Source: Terriglobia bacterium
GTDB taxonomy: Bacteria; Acidobacteriota; Terriglobia; 2-12-FULL-54-10
Assembly: GCA_963666975.2 (NCBI GenBank)
Contig: CAXVYR010000004.1
Location: forward strand, 2,272,001-2,336,000
Length of the DNA stretch: 64,000 nt
Reading direction: 5' to 3'
Program-made: the position numbers and the translations under genes
The notes under the pieces: generated by a model
What the model was told of the DNA's origin: nothing
The model's database searches: none
Seen by the model: only the letters and a program-made list of their open reading frames with translations
Part shown: positions 19,245 through 28,826 of the stretch, piece after piece
How positions within the stretch are numbered: the stretch's first letter is position 1
Layout of the letters: each line of letters starts with the position of its first letter

Positions 19245-20237
19245 TTATCCCAACGCTTCCAGAATTGTCTGCTCCAGCATGTTCTGAGCGATGTCCACCT
19301 TGTAGGCGTTCATGCTCATCGGGCGGGCGACGGTGCGGATGACGGCGGCGGCCTGCTGGATGCTGCTCTTGATGTTCTTGCCTTTGAGCTGGTTCTCGAC
19401 GACGGTGGCGCGGTAGGGGACCGGCGCTACGCCGCCGAGCACGATGCGGCCATCGGTCCATGTGCCGTTGCTTTCGGTGAAAGCGGCGGCGACGGAGACA
19501 ACGGCAAAGTCATAAACCTGGCGGTTCTTGAGCTTTGCCCAGGCCTGTTTGGCGCCCTGCGCCGGAGTGGGGATGAAGACCTCGGTCATCAGCTCGTTCG
19601 GCTGGAGGACGTTTTCGCGCAGAATATCCTCGCCCGGACTGATGAAGTAGTCGTCGAACGGGATCGTCCGCTCGCCATTCGGTCCGGCGATTTTTGCCTG
19701 GGCGTTGAGGGCCAGCAGCGCGTGGGCCGTGTCAGAAGGATGAACGATGTAGCACTGCTCACCGCCAATGATGGCGTGATAGCGATTGTCGCCGGTCACG
19801 GAAAAGCAGACGTCGCCGCCCTTTTTGTAGCAGTCGAAGTCCGTGCCCCGGAAGAACCAGCAGCGCGGGCGCTGGTTGATGTTGCCGCCCAGCGTCCCGT
19901 AATTGCGGATCAACTGCGACGCCACGCTGCGCGCGGACTGGGTGAGCAGCGGGAAGCGCTCGGTCAACTCTTTCGACTCGACAATTTCGCTCAGGGTGGC
20001 GAGAGCCCCGATGGTGGCTCCGCTGTTGTCGACCTTGACGCCGCGGAGTTGGGGAATGGTGGTCAGATCGACCAGCGCGTCGGGCAAGGGCATGCCTTTG
20101 CCCTGAACCCAGTCTTTCATCACCCCGGCGACGAGGTCGCTGCCGCCCGCCAGAGCCTTGGCCTTGGTTCCGAACTTGGTCAGGACGCCGACGGCTTCCT
20201 GAACGCTTTTGGGCTCGTATAGTTGGAAACTTTTCAT
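19245..20237 (-). CDS. Xanthine dehydrogenase family FAD subunit (PaoB/YagS-like, with [4Fe-4S] insert)
   Basis: LAGGSDL, IRNYGTLGGNINQRPRCWFFR...CYKKGGDVC...CYIVHPSD, IVLGGVAPVPYR. Confidence 0.92.
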   Translation of the reverse strand: MKSFQLYEPKSVQEAVGVLTKFGTKAKALAGGSDLVAGVMKDWVQGKGMPLPDALVDLTTIPQLRGVKVDNSGATIGALATLSEIVESKELTERFPLLTQSARSVASQLIRNYGTLGGNINQRPRCWFFRGTDFDCYKKGGDVCFSVTGDNRYHAIIGGEQCYIVHPSDTAHALLALNAQAKIAGPNGERTIPFDDYFISPGEDILRENVLQPNELMTEVFIPTPAQGAKQAWAKLKNRQVYDFAVVSVAAAFTESNGTWTDGRIVLGGVAPVPYRATVVENQLKGKNIKSSIQQAAAVIRTVARPMSMNAYKVDIAQNMLEQTILEALG

Positions 20238-20243
20238 CTTTAC

Positions 20244-22733
20244 TTACCTCACATTCCTGAGCGCTGCCAGCAATTTCTCGCGTGTAAGCGGCATTCTCTC
20301 CATCCATACGTCTACCGCGTTGTGTACGGCTGCCGCGACTGTAGGCGCGGGGGGAGACATCGGCGGCTCGCCGATTCCGTGAGCGCCGAAAACTCCATAC
20401 GCCTTGGGCCGCTCGATGAGGATGACATCGATCTCCTCGGGGACGTCCTGGATGCTCAGCGGGCGGTAGTCGAGCAGGTTCGGATTGAGCGGCAGGCCCG
20501 TCCCCGCATCGTGCAGCAACTCTTCGGTGAGGGTGGCGCCCAGGGCCATGACCACGCCGCCCTCGATCTGCTGTTCCAGCGCGAACGGATTGATCGCCCG
20601 GCCGACGTCGTGTGCCGCCACGAACTTCGTGACCGTGACGGTGCCGGTTCTGGTGTCGACCTCAACCTCGGCGGCGTGTGACGCCCAGGCCGTTCGCCGC
20701 CAGTCGTTGTCTTGCCTGTAGATCGCCCGTCCGAGGATCGGGAGGCCGTAGGCCCGCACGGTCGTCTCCAGGGTGTATTTGTTGGAGGGGTCGGCCTTCA
20801 CGAAAACATCGCCATTTTTGATATCCAGCTCTTCCGGCGTCACCTGAAACTGCTCGTTTCTCCGCTCGGCATCGTCCGCGAACTTCTGGGCGGCAAACTT
20901 CAGAATCTGGAGCTTGGCATCGACGGCAGCTTCGTACATGCCGCGTCCGCCGGTGTTGGTTTGCCGGCTCCCGGAGGTGCTGGCCGTGTCGGTGGTATTG
21001 TCGGTGTCCACATAGGGGGTGATACTCACCGCATGCAGAGGCACGCCCAGCGCTTCCGCCGCAATCATCGCCATTTGCGTCCGTTGGCCCGGGCCGATCT
21101 CCGTGCTTCCCGAAACGCATTGCACGCTCCCGTCCCGGTTCACAATCACCTGCCCGGTTGCCGGGTTAGAGCCGCCGCCGTGGCTGCATGCGTGAGCGGC
21201 CAGGCCGATCCCGTGGAAAACCCCCGGTCGTATCTCCCTCGCCCGCGGCGCGTGCCACTTCTGCTTCCATCCGATGCGGTCGGCTGCGGCGTGGATGCAA
21301 TCCCGAATGCCCGGGTTGCTGAACGGCCTTCCGGTTTCCGGGTTGCCCTCCTCGTTGAGGTTCATCAGCCGGAATTCGACGGGATCCATCCCGATGGCGT
21401 AAGCCGCCTTCTCCATCATCATCTCCAGGGCGAAGGTGCCGTTCGGATGGCTCACGCAGCGGTAGGCCCCGGACTTGTAGCTGTTGGTGAAGACGTCGGT
21501 AGCCTCCAGCTTCAAGTTCGGGATCTTGTATAGGTTCTGCATGTTGAACCAGGCGCCGTTGGCCCCGCCCGCTCGATGCGCGCCGACGTTGGCGTAGACG
21601 CGAAAATGGCCGAACTGAAGCTTGCCGTCGCGGTTGACGCCCAGCTTCATCTCGTTGCGAAACTCGGGCCGGTGAGTGCGCGTGACGAAGTCTTCCTCGC
21701 GCGTGTACATCGTCTTGACCGGACGCCCGGTGATCTTGGCCAGGATGGCCGCGTGCACCTCCGGCAAATCAATGCCGCTGCGGTAGCCGTACCCTGACCC
21801 CATGTAGCCGGTCTGGATGACCCGAATGTGGTTCGCCGGGATCTTCAGGGCCTGGGAAAAACGGGCCCGGCTGCCGTGCGCGTGCTGGTTGGTGTAGTAC
21901 ACGATCAGGCGGTCCTGGTCCCAGTACATCAGCGAGTTGGTCAGCTCCAGCGCCACATGCTGCTCGGTGGATTTCGTCAGCACCGCGTCGATGGTGGTGT
22001 CGGCGCGCGCCGTATCCGGGTTGCCCCGGACCAGCGGCGGCGTCACGTTGACGATGGTCCCGTTTTCCTTGTTGTCCCACTGCTTGAGCGCGGAGGGCCG
22101 TATGCCCTCCATCATGTCCAGCATGGCGGGCAGCCGCTCGTACTCCACCTCGATCAAGTGGGCCGCATGATCGGCGATGTGCTCGCTTTCGGCCGCGACG
22201 ACGGCGATGGGCGATCCAACCTCAAAGACCTCTTCGTTGAACAGCAAGCGGTCGGGCGGGCCGCTGCCCAGTTTGACGTCGCGGTACTCTACCGGCAGGT
22301 TGCCGCGATGCAGCACGGCCACCACGCCGGCCAGTTTCTCGGCCTTGCTGGTGTCGACTTTTGTGATCTTGGCATGGGGATACGGGCTGCGCAGAGTTCG
22401 TGTATGGAGCATCCCCGGCATGCGCATGTTCTGGGTGAATTTGCCGAGGCTCGTGACGACCCCCAGGCCGTGCAGGCGGGGGACTCGTTTGCCGATCACA
22501 TGGAACTGTTCGGCCGGCGCGGGGGCCGCCGTTGCTGACTGGACTGCCCGGGGAGCGGCCATTCCCAGCTTCGCCGCGTAGAGATCCATTACAGGGGCAG
22601 CCATCTCCTCGAATTCACCGACCACTTCGTCCCATGCCGGGTCATCGGCCAGCGCGTGCCACTGAGCGTCGGTCAGTCTGGCTGCATACGCTGGGTCTTG
22701 AACGACGCGCAGGGCATCGACTTTGAGAGCCAT
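20244..22733 (-). CDS. Xanthine dehydrogenase family molybdopterin-binding subunit
   Basis: LRSPYPHAKI, TGRPVK, EIGPG, EVEVD..TG, AHDVGRAINP, EQQIEGG, GIGEPP. Confidence 0.92.
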   Translation of the reverse strand: MALKVDALRVVQDPAYAARLTDAQWHALADDPAWDEVVGEFEEMAAPVMDLYAAKLGMAAPRAVQSATAAPAPAEQFHVIGKRVPRLHGLGVVTSLGKFTQNMRMPGMLHTRTLRSPYPHAKITKVDTSKAEKLAGVVAVLHRGNLPVEYRDVKLGSGPPDRLLFNEEVFEVGSPIAVVAAESEHIADHAAHLIEVEYERLPAMLDMMEGIRPSALKQWDNKENGTIVNVTPPLVRGNPDTARADTTIDAVLTKSTEQHVALELTNSLMYWDQDRLIVYYTNQHAHGSRARFSQALKIPANHIRVIQTGYMGSGYGYRSGIDLPEVHAAILAKITGRPVKTMYTREEDFVTRTHRPEFRNEMKLGVNRDGKLQFGHFRVYANVGAHRAGGANGAWFNMQNLYKIPNLKLEATDVFTNSYKSGAYRCVSHPNGTFALEMMMEKAAYAIGMDPVEFRLMNLNEEGNPETGRPFSNPGIRDCIHAAADRIGWKQKWHAPRAREIRPGVFHGIGLAAHACSHGGGSNPATGQVIVNRDGSVQCVSGSTEIGPGQRTQMAMIAAEALGVPLHAVSITPYVDTDNTTDTASTSGSRQTNTGGRGMYEAAVDAKLQILKFAAQKFADDAERRNEQFQVTPEELDIKNGDVFVKADPSNKYTLETTVRAYGLPILGRAIYRQDNDWRRTAWASHAAEVEVDTRTGTVTVTKFVAAHDVGRAINPFALEQQIEGGVVMALGATLTEELLHDAGTGLPLNPNLLDYRPLSIQDVPEEIDVILIERPKAYGVFGAHGIGEPPMSPPAPTVAAAVHNAVDVWMERMPLTREKLLAALRNVR

Positions 22734-22757
22734 CTCGTACCTCCTCCTTTACCCTTA

Positions 22758-23744
22758 CTACGGCCTGACAGGGTGGCCCAATTCAGCAATGGCCCGCCGC
22801 ACAGCGGCTTCGTCGAGCCTGGCGGGGTCCCAAACGGGCGTGATCGTGCGCTCCGTGCCGGAAACATCCACGATACCGGGCATCTGCTGCAATTCCAGGG
22901 ACAGATCGTCGTACACCTCGATCGTTCCCAGCGGATCCACAAACTCAAACTGCATGGAGACAGCGCCCTCCACGGGGCCAGCCGAAGCGGCTGCCTGTTC
23001 GGCGTAGATCAGCGGCGCTGAGTAGCTGACTTGCTCGCCCCTCATCTCTGCGGCGGCCTTCTTCACCGAAGTGAGTATCTTGGGGTACTCGCCGCAGCGG
23101 CAGATGTTGCCGTCCAGCGCCTCTTTGATCTCGGCGTTCGTGGGGTTCTGGTTGGCCTGCAACAGGGCGTAAGCAGACATCACGAAGCCGCGAGTGCAGA
23201 TGCCGCACTGGAAACCGCCCTCGAGCCAGAAGGCGCGCTGCACGGGATGCAGCCCCCGGAAACCCGGCCCATTGGAGATGCCGGCCACGGTCTGTATCTT
23301 TTGCCCTCGGCCATTCCGTGCGGTCAGCACGGAGCACCCGGTAACCGCTCTGCCGTCCACCAGCACGGTGCAAGCGCCGCACTGCGCGCGGTCACAGCCG
23401 AGGTTGGAGTTCGAGAGCCCCAGCTTGTAGTTCATCGTCTCCCACAGGCTCTCGCGAACATCCACGGTGACGTCGTGCTTCTTGCCGTCGATCTCCAATG
23501 AGACATGGCGCATCGTCACGGGATCGGCGGCGGCTGTTTGAGCCGCCTGCGGAGCGGCCACTGCGGGCTGCACCAGGTTGGCAGCGAAGCCCGTGCCGGC
23601 CATGACGCCGACCGCGACGGCTCCGGTATTGCCCTGGATCAGAAAGTCCCGCCGCGTGATCACCCGTCTGGGTTCTTGGGGTGCGCCCGAACCGGGTTCG
23701 GCCTGGGGAAACTGCTTGTCTTTTGCCATTTCGTCTGCTGCCAT
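22758..23744 (-). CDS. Xanthine dehydrogenase family 2x[2Fe-2S] subunit with Tat signal and extra C-terminal domain
   Basis: TRRDFL, GCDRAQCGACTV, FQCGICTRG, GNICRCGEY. Confidence 0.92.
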   Translation of the reverse strand: MAADEMAKDKQFPQAEPGSGAPQEPRRVITRRDFLIQGNTGAVAVGVMAGTGFAANLVQPAVAAPQAAQTAAADPVTMRHVSLEIDGKKHDVTVDVRESLWETMNYKLGLSNSNLGCDRAQCGACTVLVDGRAVTGCSVLTARNGRGQKIQTVAGISNGPGFRGLHPVQRAFWLEGGFQCGICTRGFVMSAYALLQANQNPTNAEIKEALDGNICRCGEYPKILTSVKKAAAEMRGEQVSYSAPLIYAEQAAASAGPVEGAVSMQFEFVDPLGTIEVYDDLSLELQQMPGIVDVSGTERTITPVWDPARLDEAAVRRAIAELGHPVRP

Positions 23745-24216
23745 TGGAAACTCCCTATTCCGGAACTGGAAGCCAAGCGGGCCTTACGCCCGCGCGGAAA
23801 GCGGGTGCGCTGCGATACCATTCAGCGCGGTCCCTTCAACGGAAATTTGCGATTTCAACGCGTGCTCAGTAAAGATTCTATGCCAGCTCCCCGGTGGATT
23901 CAAGCTCGGATCACCGTGGTCTTTTCCGGATGAGATCACAGCTCACAAGCAAGATGAGCGCACAGGGAAGCTGTCCCGTTTTTGCTCCCGCCTAATTGAT
24001 TTTGTTGCAGAAAGATTACGCGAGAGAGGGGGGCAAATCAACTGACCCACTACCCAGGCAGTTGGGAAGTTGGGAATTTACAAGAAGATACTGCCGTCGC
24101 CAAAAGAGGGCATAGCGGTCTGAGATTAGGTGGGCAGGGCGGCGGGGATTGTTTTGTTGATTTAAGGAATGGTTAAAACGGAAATTCCCGCTAAAGGGGA
24201 AAAGGCTAAAAGAAAA

Positions 24217-24448
24217 AAGTGGGCGGTTCTGGCCTCGGTGCTGCCTCGCAGGCTTTTAGGACATCACGTCCCAGTGCTCAGCTATTCTTGCTCCTGAGCT
24301 TGTTGTTATCGCCTCGGTTGCTGTCAACCCTTCTCTGTGGCATCTCAGTCGCCGAACCGAGCAGCATCCTTACTACTATATTGCGGACTAGCTTCTCGGG
24401 CCAGAAGGGCACAGACGGTCAGTTACCGGGGTCCTTAGCCGCCCACCC
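24217..24448 (-). ncRNA. Putative structured ncRNA, IS110-associated (bridge/seek RNA-like)
   Basis: Closing stem GTGGGCGG (24219-24226) / CCGCCCAC (24439-24446), several internal hairpins, U-tract after the stem on the minus strand, no credible ORF. Confidence 0.45.
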
Positions 24449-24620
24449 TTGAATAGTCAGGTGGTATAGAAGACCTCCTTCCTGACCTTGCGTATTGCTC
24501 AGGCGGTGTTGCACAGCCGCGATTTCTATTGCGGCTCTGGAAGCCAGCCTGAGAACAGCCTCCAGTTTTGATTTTCTCTCAGACGGGAGCAGAACACAAT
24601 CATGGAAAGGAGGGAGGTGA
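24447..24620 (+). ncRNA. Putative IS110 left-end non-coding region (bridge RNA-like)
   Basis: Stem CTCAGGC/GCCTGAG, 10x10-nt internal loop, inner hairpin AGCCGC/GCGGCT. Followed by AAGGAGG and a decayed ORF start. Confidence 0.5.
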
Positions 24621-24811
24621 GCAAGAAAACACCACCATTTTTGGCCTTAGAAATCACCAAGCTTTAGAAATCCAGACCGTAGAGATTCCAAAGAAGAAGC
24701 GTTGGCTGAACTATCCCCTCATGGTGTGCAGTTTGGGAGGTTAGGTTATTCCTTTATTTGGGCAAGGCCCAGGCCGCCTGATCCTCACGTTGTAACTACT
24801 GGATCAATCCG

Positions 24812-26701
24812 TCAGTGGACGCTTTCATGAACCACCTCTCGTAGCAGACGCACCAGCGCCTTGTCCTCGTGACCGATGTGTTTGACGATCTCTTCCGCTC
24901 TGGGAGAAAGTCGCCGGTAGCCCCAGCGTGATCGTCGTTTGGTCTCGCTCCAGCCTTCACGCTGATAATAAAGCGGCAGGTTGACATCGAAATAGGAAAT
25001 ACTGTCTGCGTCCTTGAGCAGATCGGAATCTGGATCGCCGCCCACCTCATGGGCTTCCACTAAACGGCAGGCCTCGTACACAATATCCCGCGCCACACCA
25101 CAGACGGTCAGTATCGGGCGCAGTATTTCCGCGCTGTTTCGGGAATGGGCTGCCTTAAAGGCGTCGTAATCCTCGAAGTCCTCTCGCCTGACCTTGCTTT
25201 CCTCGATTGCCCGGTCGATGTCATGGGCCAGCGCCGCCAGTTGCAGGGCATCGCCGGCATCCGGTTGCAGGCGCAACAACCACTCCAGGGTGTTGTCGGC
25301 GTGACGTGAATCCTCCGGCACCTGTGAGTTCACAATGACCAGCCGGATTTTCTGCTTGGCGCGTTCGATGTTAGTCGGTACACTCGCAACCCAAATCCGG
25401 CGCAAGGTCTCAATATTCATCACCAGGGCGATGACCACCAGCCCCGGCAGTATCAGATTCGTCGCTGCACACAGAAAGATGAGAAACACGCGCACATCTC
25501 GTCCCATCCGCAACCCGGCCCGGCCCCCGGCTTTGATGCGCTGGCGCATCACGTGGTCGTACTTGTCGGCCGTGTAACTCAGCATGAACGAGCCGATTAT
25601 GGCCATGAAACCAGTGAAGAGAATCCAGCCGTTGGCTTCTACCGCCAGCAGGTGCCAGGTCAAGCCGAACAGCAGGAAGGCATCGGCATAGCGGTCCAGC
25701 ACTGCATCGAACCAGCCGCCGAAGTCGCTGCGTTGGTACTTCAGCCTGGCCACTTCGCCGTCGCAACCATCGATGATGGAGGCGAACTGTGCCAGAACGC
25801 CGCCCAGGAGCAGAGCGGGATATCCACCCAGAGCAAACAGTCCTGCGGCCAGCAGGGAGCCCAGAAACGAGAACAGGGAAATTTGATTGGGGGTGATATT
25901 CAGTTGAGCCAGACGGCGGGAAAAAAACATGGAGATGGAGCGGTTGAAGTAACGGGACACCGGCCCGTCGGTTGGCTTGTCCCGGAGACGCTCCAGCAGG
26001 GCCTTCTCCGCCCTCTGGATGGCCTCGGGATCGTCCACATCGATCCAGAAACCGCTTACAGGGATCGCTTTGGCGCGTCCATCTGCGGCCAAGATCCGGA
26101 TCGCCCCGGTCAGTGTCGTATCGCCGTCTTTTTCTATGCTCTGTTCCAGTGCCCTAAAGATTTCGGAAGAGCAGAGGAAAATGCCGGTATCGAACCCGTT
26201 GAAATCGGTTATTCCTTTGCCGATATCACAGATCTTCCCGTCTTCCACCTTAACGCGGGTCACATCATCCAAGTCGACGAGGGAGTTGCGAATATCGCCA
26301 TCCACTCCGAGCGCTATCTCCCCCTCCAACAGGGAATGGGACGTCAATGCGCGGGCCAGATTCGGATCAAAGAGGTGATCCGCCATGAGCAGCAAAAACG
26401 GTTCTTGCAAGACCTCCCGCGCCTTGAGTATCGAAAGGCCATTTCCTTTCTCCCAATCGTCATTCACCAGCGGGGTGATCCGAACCGCAAGACGTTCCGC
26501 CAACCGCTCCAGAAAATCGCGGACCTGGTCGCCCCGGTAGCCTGTCACAACATAAAACTGATCCGCCCCGGCTTCCATGGCGGAGCGGATGACGCGTTCG
26601 ATCAGGGGAATGCCCAGCAGGGGGACCAGGGGCTTGCTGTCACCCTTCTGCCGCAGTCGGCTGCCATTGCCCGCCGCGATGATCAGACACTTTATCCCCA
26701 T
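24812..26701 (-). CDS. Nucleotidyltransferase (IPCT-like) + CDP-alcohol phosphotransferase (DIPPS-like) + HD/DUF4202 domain fusion
   Basis: IIAAGNGSRL..SKPL, DTGIF, WIDVDD; DGPVSRYFNR, TPNQIS, DGCDGEVAR...GGWFDAVLDR; HA...AALAHDIDR...H...HE...LKDADSISYF. Confidence 0.9.
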   Translation of the reverse strand: MGIKCLIIAAGNGSRLRQKGDSKPLVPLLGIPLIERVIRSAMEAGADQFYVVTGYRGDQVRDFLERLAERLAVRITPLVNDDWEKGNGLSILKAREVLQEPFLLLMADHLFDPNLARALTSHSLLEGEIALGVDGDIRNSLVDLDDVTRVKVEDGKICDIGKGITDFNGFDTGIFLCSSEIFRALEQSIEKDGDTTLTGAIRILAADGRAKAIPVSGFWIDVDDPEAIQRAEKALLERLRDKPTDGPVSRYFNRSISMFFSRRLAQLNITPNQISLFSFLGSLLAAGLFALGGYPALLLGGVLAQFASIIDGCDGEVARLKYQRSDFGGWFDAVLDRYADAFLLFGLTWHLLAVEANGWILFTGFMAIIGSFMLSYTADKYDHVMRQRIKAGGRAGLRMGRDVRVFLIFLCAATNLILPGLVVIALVMNIETLRRIWVASVPTNIERAKQKIRLVIVNSQVPEDSRHADNTLEWLLRLQPDAGDALQLAALAHDIDRAIEESKVRREDFEDYDAFKAAHSRNSAEILRPILTVCGVARDIVYEACRLVEAHEVGGDPDSDLLKDADSISYFDVNLPLYYQREGWSETKRRSRWGYRRLSPRAEEIVKHIGHEDKALVRLLREVVHESVH

Positions 26702-27110
26702 TCACTTGCTCCCAGTAAATAGTTCCACTCGAATATTAATTTAGCCGCATCTCTGTTCCTGGGCCGAGAAGCAGATGCCACCCGAACCTAAGAGGCTGGA
26801 AATCCCGTGAGCGCCCATATGGGCATCAGGGGAAATAGCCACGTTATTGGCTATTGCCTGACTGGAAATGCTGGAGAGAGCTTACACGAGGAGAGAGAAG
26901 AATTCAATTGTGTGATGAAACTTCCGGCTGCTAGCCCTTTCATTGAACAAAGTCCATTTTCACAGCCCCAATCTGTGATGTAGACTCTCACCGGCAATGA
27001 CACAAAAAATGCCACAAAAAATCGGCCAGGTCACAGGCAAGCGAGAATTTGGCGTTGCTTCGGGGCCGGGTGGAGCGAACAGGAGTGAAAACAAGCGACA
27101 GGGGGTCAGC

Positions 27111-27424
27111 ATGAAGCGTATAGCGACAGGTTTAGCAATGCTGTTGGCGATGGTGGTCGCCGGTTGTCAGGGCGTGAACGACACGGGTTCCGGGGAAGGA
27201 GCGGCATCTTCATCCGTTGCTCGGACCCGAACGACGTGGGGGCGGCCAATGCTTACGAGGTGAACATCTACGATAAGCGTCCCGATCCGGTTTACCGCAC
27301 CGGCGGCATTGTCAATGTGGCTTCGCCGATGGCGCAGATCGATGCGGCCGGCCAGTGGAACACGTATGAGATCACGGCGGAAGGCTCGCGGCTGGTGGTG
27401 AAGTTGAACGGCACGCTGATTTGA
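27111..27424 (+). pseudogene. DUF1080 (3-keto-disaccharide hydrolase) lipoprotein remnant
   Basis: Lipobox VAGC, frame change, then SGIFIRC...YEVNIYD...GQWNTYEITAEG..LVVKLNG; truncated at a repeat element. Confidence 0.75.
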
Positions 27425-27429
27425 CTGTG

Positions 27430-27537
27430 CTTACCGAGCCGCGCGCGCCTGCCCCGAGCATTGTCCCGAGCGAAGTCGAGGGGAAAGCCGAGGGATTAGC
27501 AAGCGTACCCATACACAAGTATTTCAACAACCTCTTA
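27430..27537. repeat. MITE/REP composite (right end)
   Basis: GAGCCGCG...CCGAGCGAAGTCGAGGG...TTAGCAAGCG...TTTCAACAACCTCTTA; matches the 59737-59896 family. Confidence 0.7.
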
Positions 27538-27808
27538 AAACTTTACAGAGGAAGATATTACAGCCGGTCTGTCGTCACCGATTCTGATTTGCGCCAAATC
27601 TGACATAAATGCCCTTTTTCGGAGGCAGATGGGGGCGAGTCAGCATCCAAAGGCACGGAGGAAGCATCCAATAGATGAAAAATTGGGTATGCCGTGATTC
27701 GAAATCATGCAGGGTTCCTTGCTCCCGTTCCGCTGTTCATTTGTTCATTCTGGTTACACGCGCTGAAATCTCACATGCGCAATATATAATTGAGGATGGA
27801 GGTAATTC

Positions 27809-28489
27809 ATGTCATCGAAGCTCTTTCTTGGCTTGGTCCTGGGTGTTCTGACTTTCCTTGTTGGCGGGTTTTTCCTGCGTTCGGGCTCGGCTTCTCCAGC
27901 GGTTGAGTCCTTTCCCGATCCGGTGGTCGATATGGATCGCTCCGTCGCGAAAGCGAAGCGAACCGCAGTACTCGCGGGCGGATGCTTTTGGTGCACCGAG
28001 GTGGTCTTCGAACAATTCACCGGTGTGAGCGGTGTCGTCTCCGGTTATGCCGGGGGCAAGCGGGAAACGGCCCGCTATGATGCGGTGAGCTCGGGAAAAT
28101 CGGACCATGCCGAATCCATCCAGATCACGTTCGACGCTTCCCATATCTCTTACGGACAGTTGCTGAAGATTTTCTTTAGCGTGGCGCACGATCCTACCCA
28201 GTTAAACCGGCAAGGCCCCGATTATGGGCGGCAGTACCGCTCAGCGATCTTCTTCGCCGACGCGGAGCAGAAACAGATCGCAGAGGCCTACATCAAGCAA
28301 CTACAGAAGGCCGAAGTTTTCAGCAAACCGATCGTCACCGAGCTGAGAGAACTCAAGGCTTTCTATCCGGCCGAGGAGTATCATCAGGACTTCGTCGAGC
28401 GAAACCCCGACCATCGCTATGTTGTCGTTAACGCGATCCCGAAGGTGAAGAAAACGAGGAAGGCATTCCCGTCGTTAGTGAAGAAGTAG
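27809..28489 (+). CDS. msrA: Peptide-methionine (S)-S-oxide reductase with N-terminal signal/anchor
   Basis: LAGGCFWC, SGYAGG, HAES, HDPTQLNRQG.D.G.QYRSAIF, FYPAEEYHQD. Confidence 0.95.
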   Translation: MSSKLFLGLVLGVLTFLVGGFFLRSGSASPAVESFPDPVVDMDRSVAKAKRTAVLAGGCFWCTEVVFEQFTGVSGVVSGYAGGKRETARYDAVSSGKSDHAESIQITFDASHISYGQLLKIFFSVAHDPTQLNRQGPDYGRQYRSAIFFADAEQKQIAEAYIKQLQKAEVFSKPIVTELRELKAFYPAEEYHQDFVERNPDHRYVVVNAIPKVKKTRKAFPSLVKK

Positions 28490-28530
28490 CTGCACGAGGC
28501 TGAGGGGGGCCCTTGTGATCCGCAGCTCTC

Positions 28531-28735
28531 TAGCAGGTTGTTGAAAAACACCGTTTACCCGCTCCATTACTGTCGCGGCTCTGATGTCGGCACCTTGCGC
28601 TTTAGGTCTTTAATCCGAGCCGCGCGCGTAAGCAAGCGGACACCAAAGCTACCAGTCCCCCCTGTATCCCTTTTCATTGGACCAGTCTCATTTGCAGGCT
28701 GGGTGGCGCTCCCTAACGGTCGCGGATCGGAACCG
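28531..28735. repeat. MITE left end plus REP-like palindrome cluster
   Basis: TAGCAGGTTGTTGAAAAAC followed by CCGCTCC..GTCGCGGCTC, GAGCCGCGCGCGTAAGCAAGCGG and GCTCCCTAACGGTCGCGG. Confidence 0.7.
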
Positions 28736-28826
28736 GTCGATCGCAAGTGGGACTCACGATAGCTGCTCGCGGAAGAATCACTCCCTTCCGGGAGCTGTTG
28801 CCCGCGTGGTCGTCAAGTTTGTGCCG

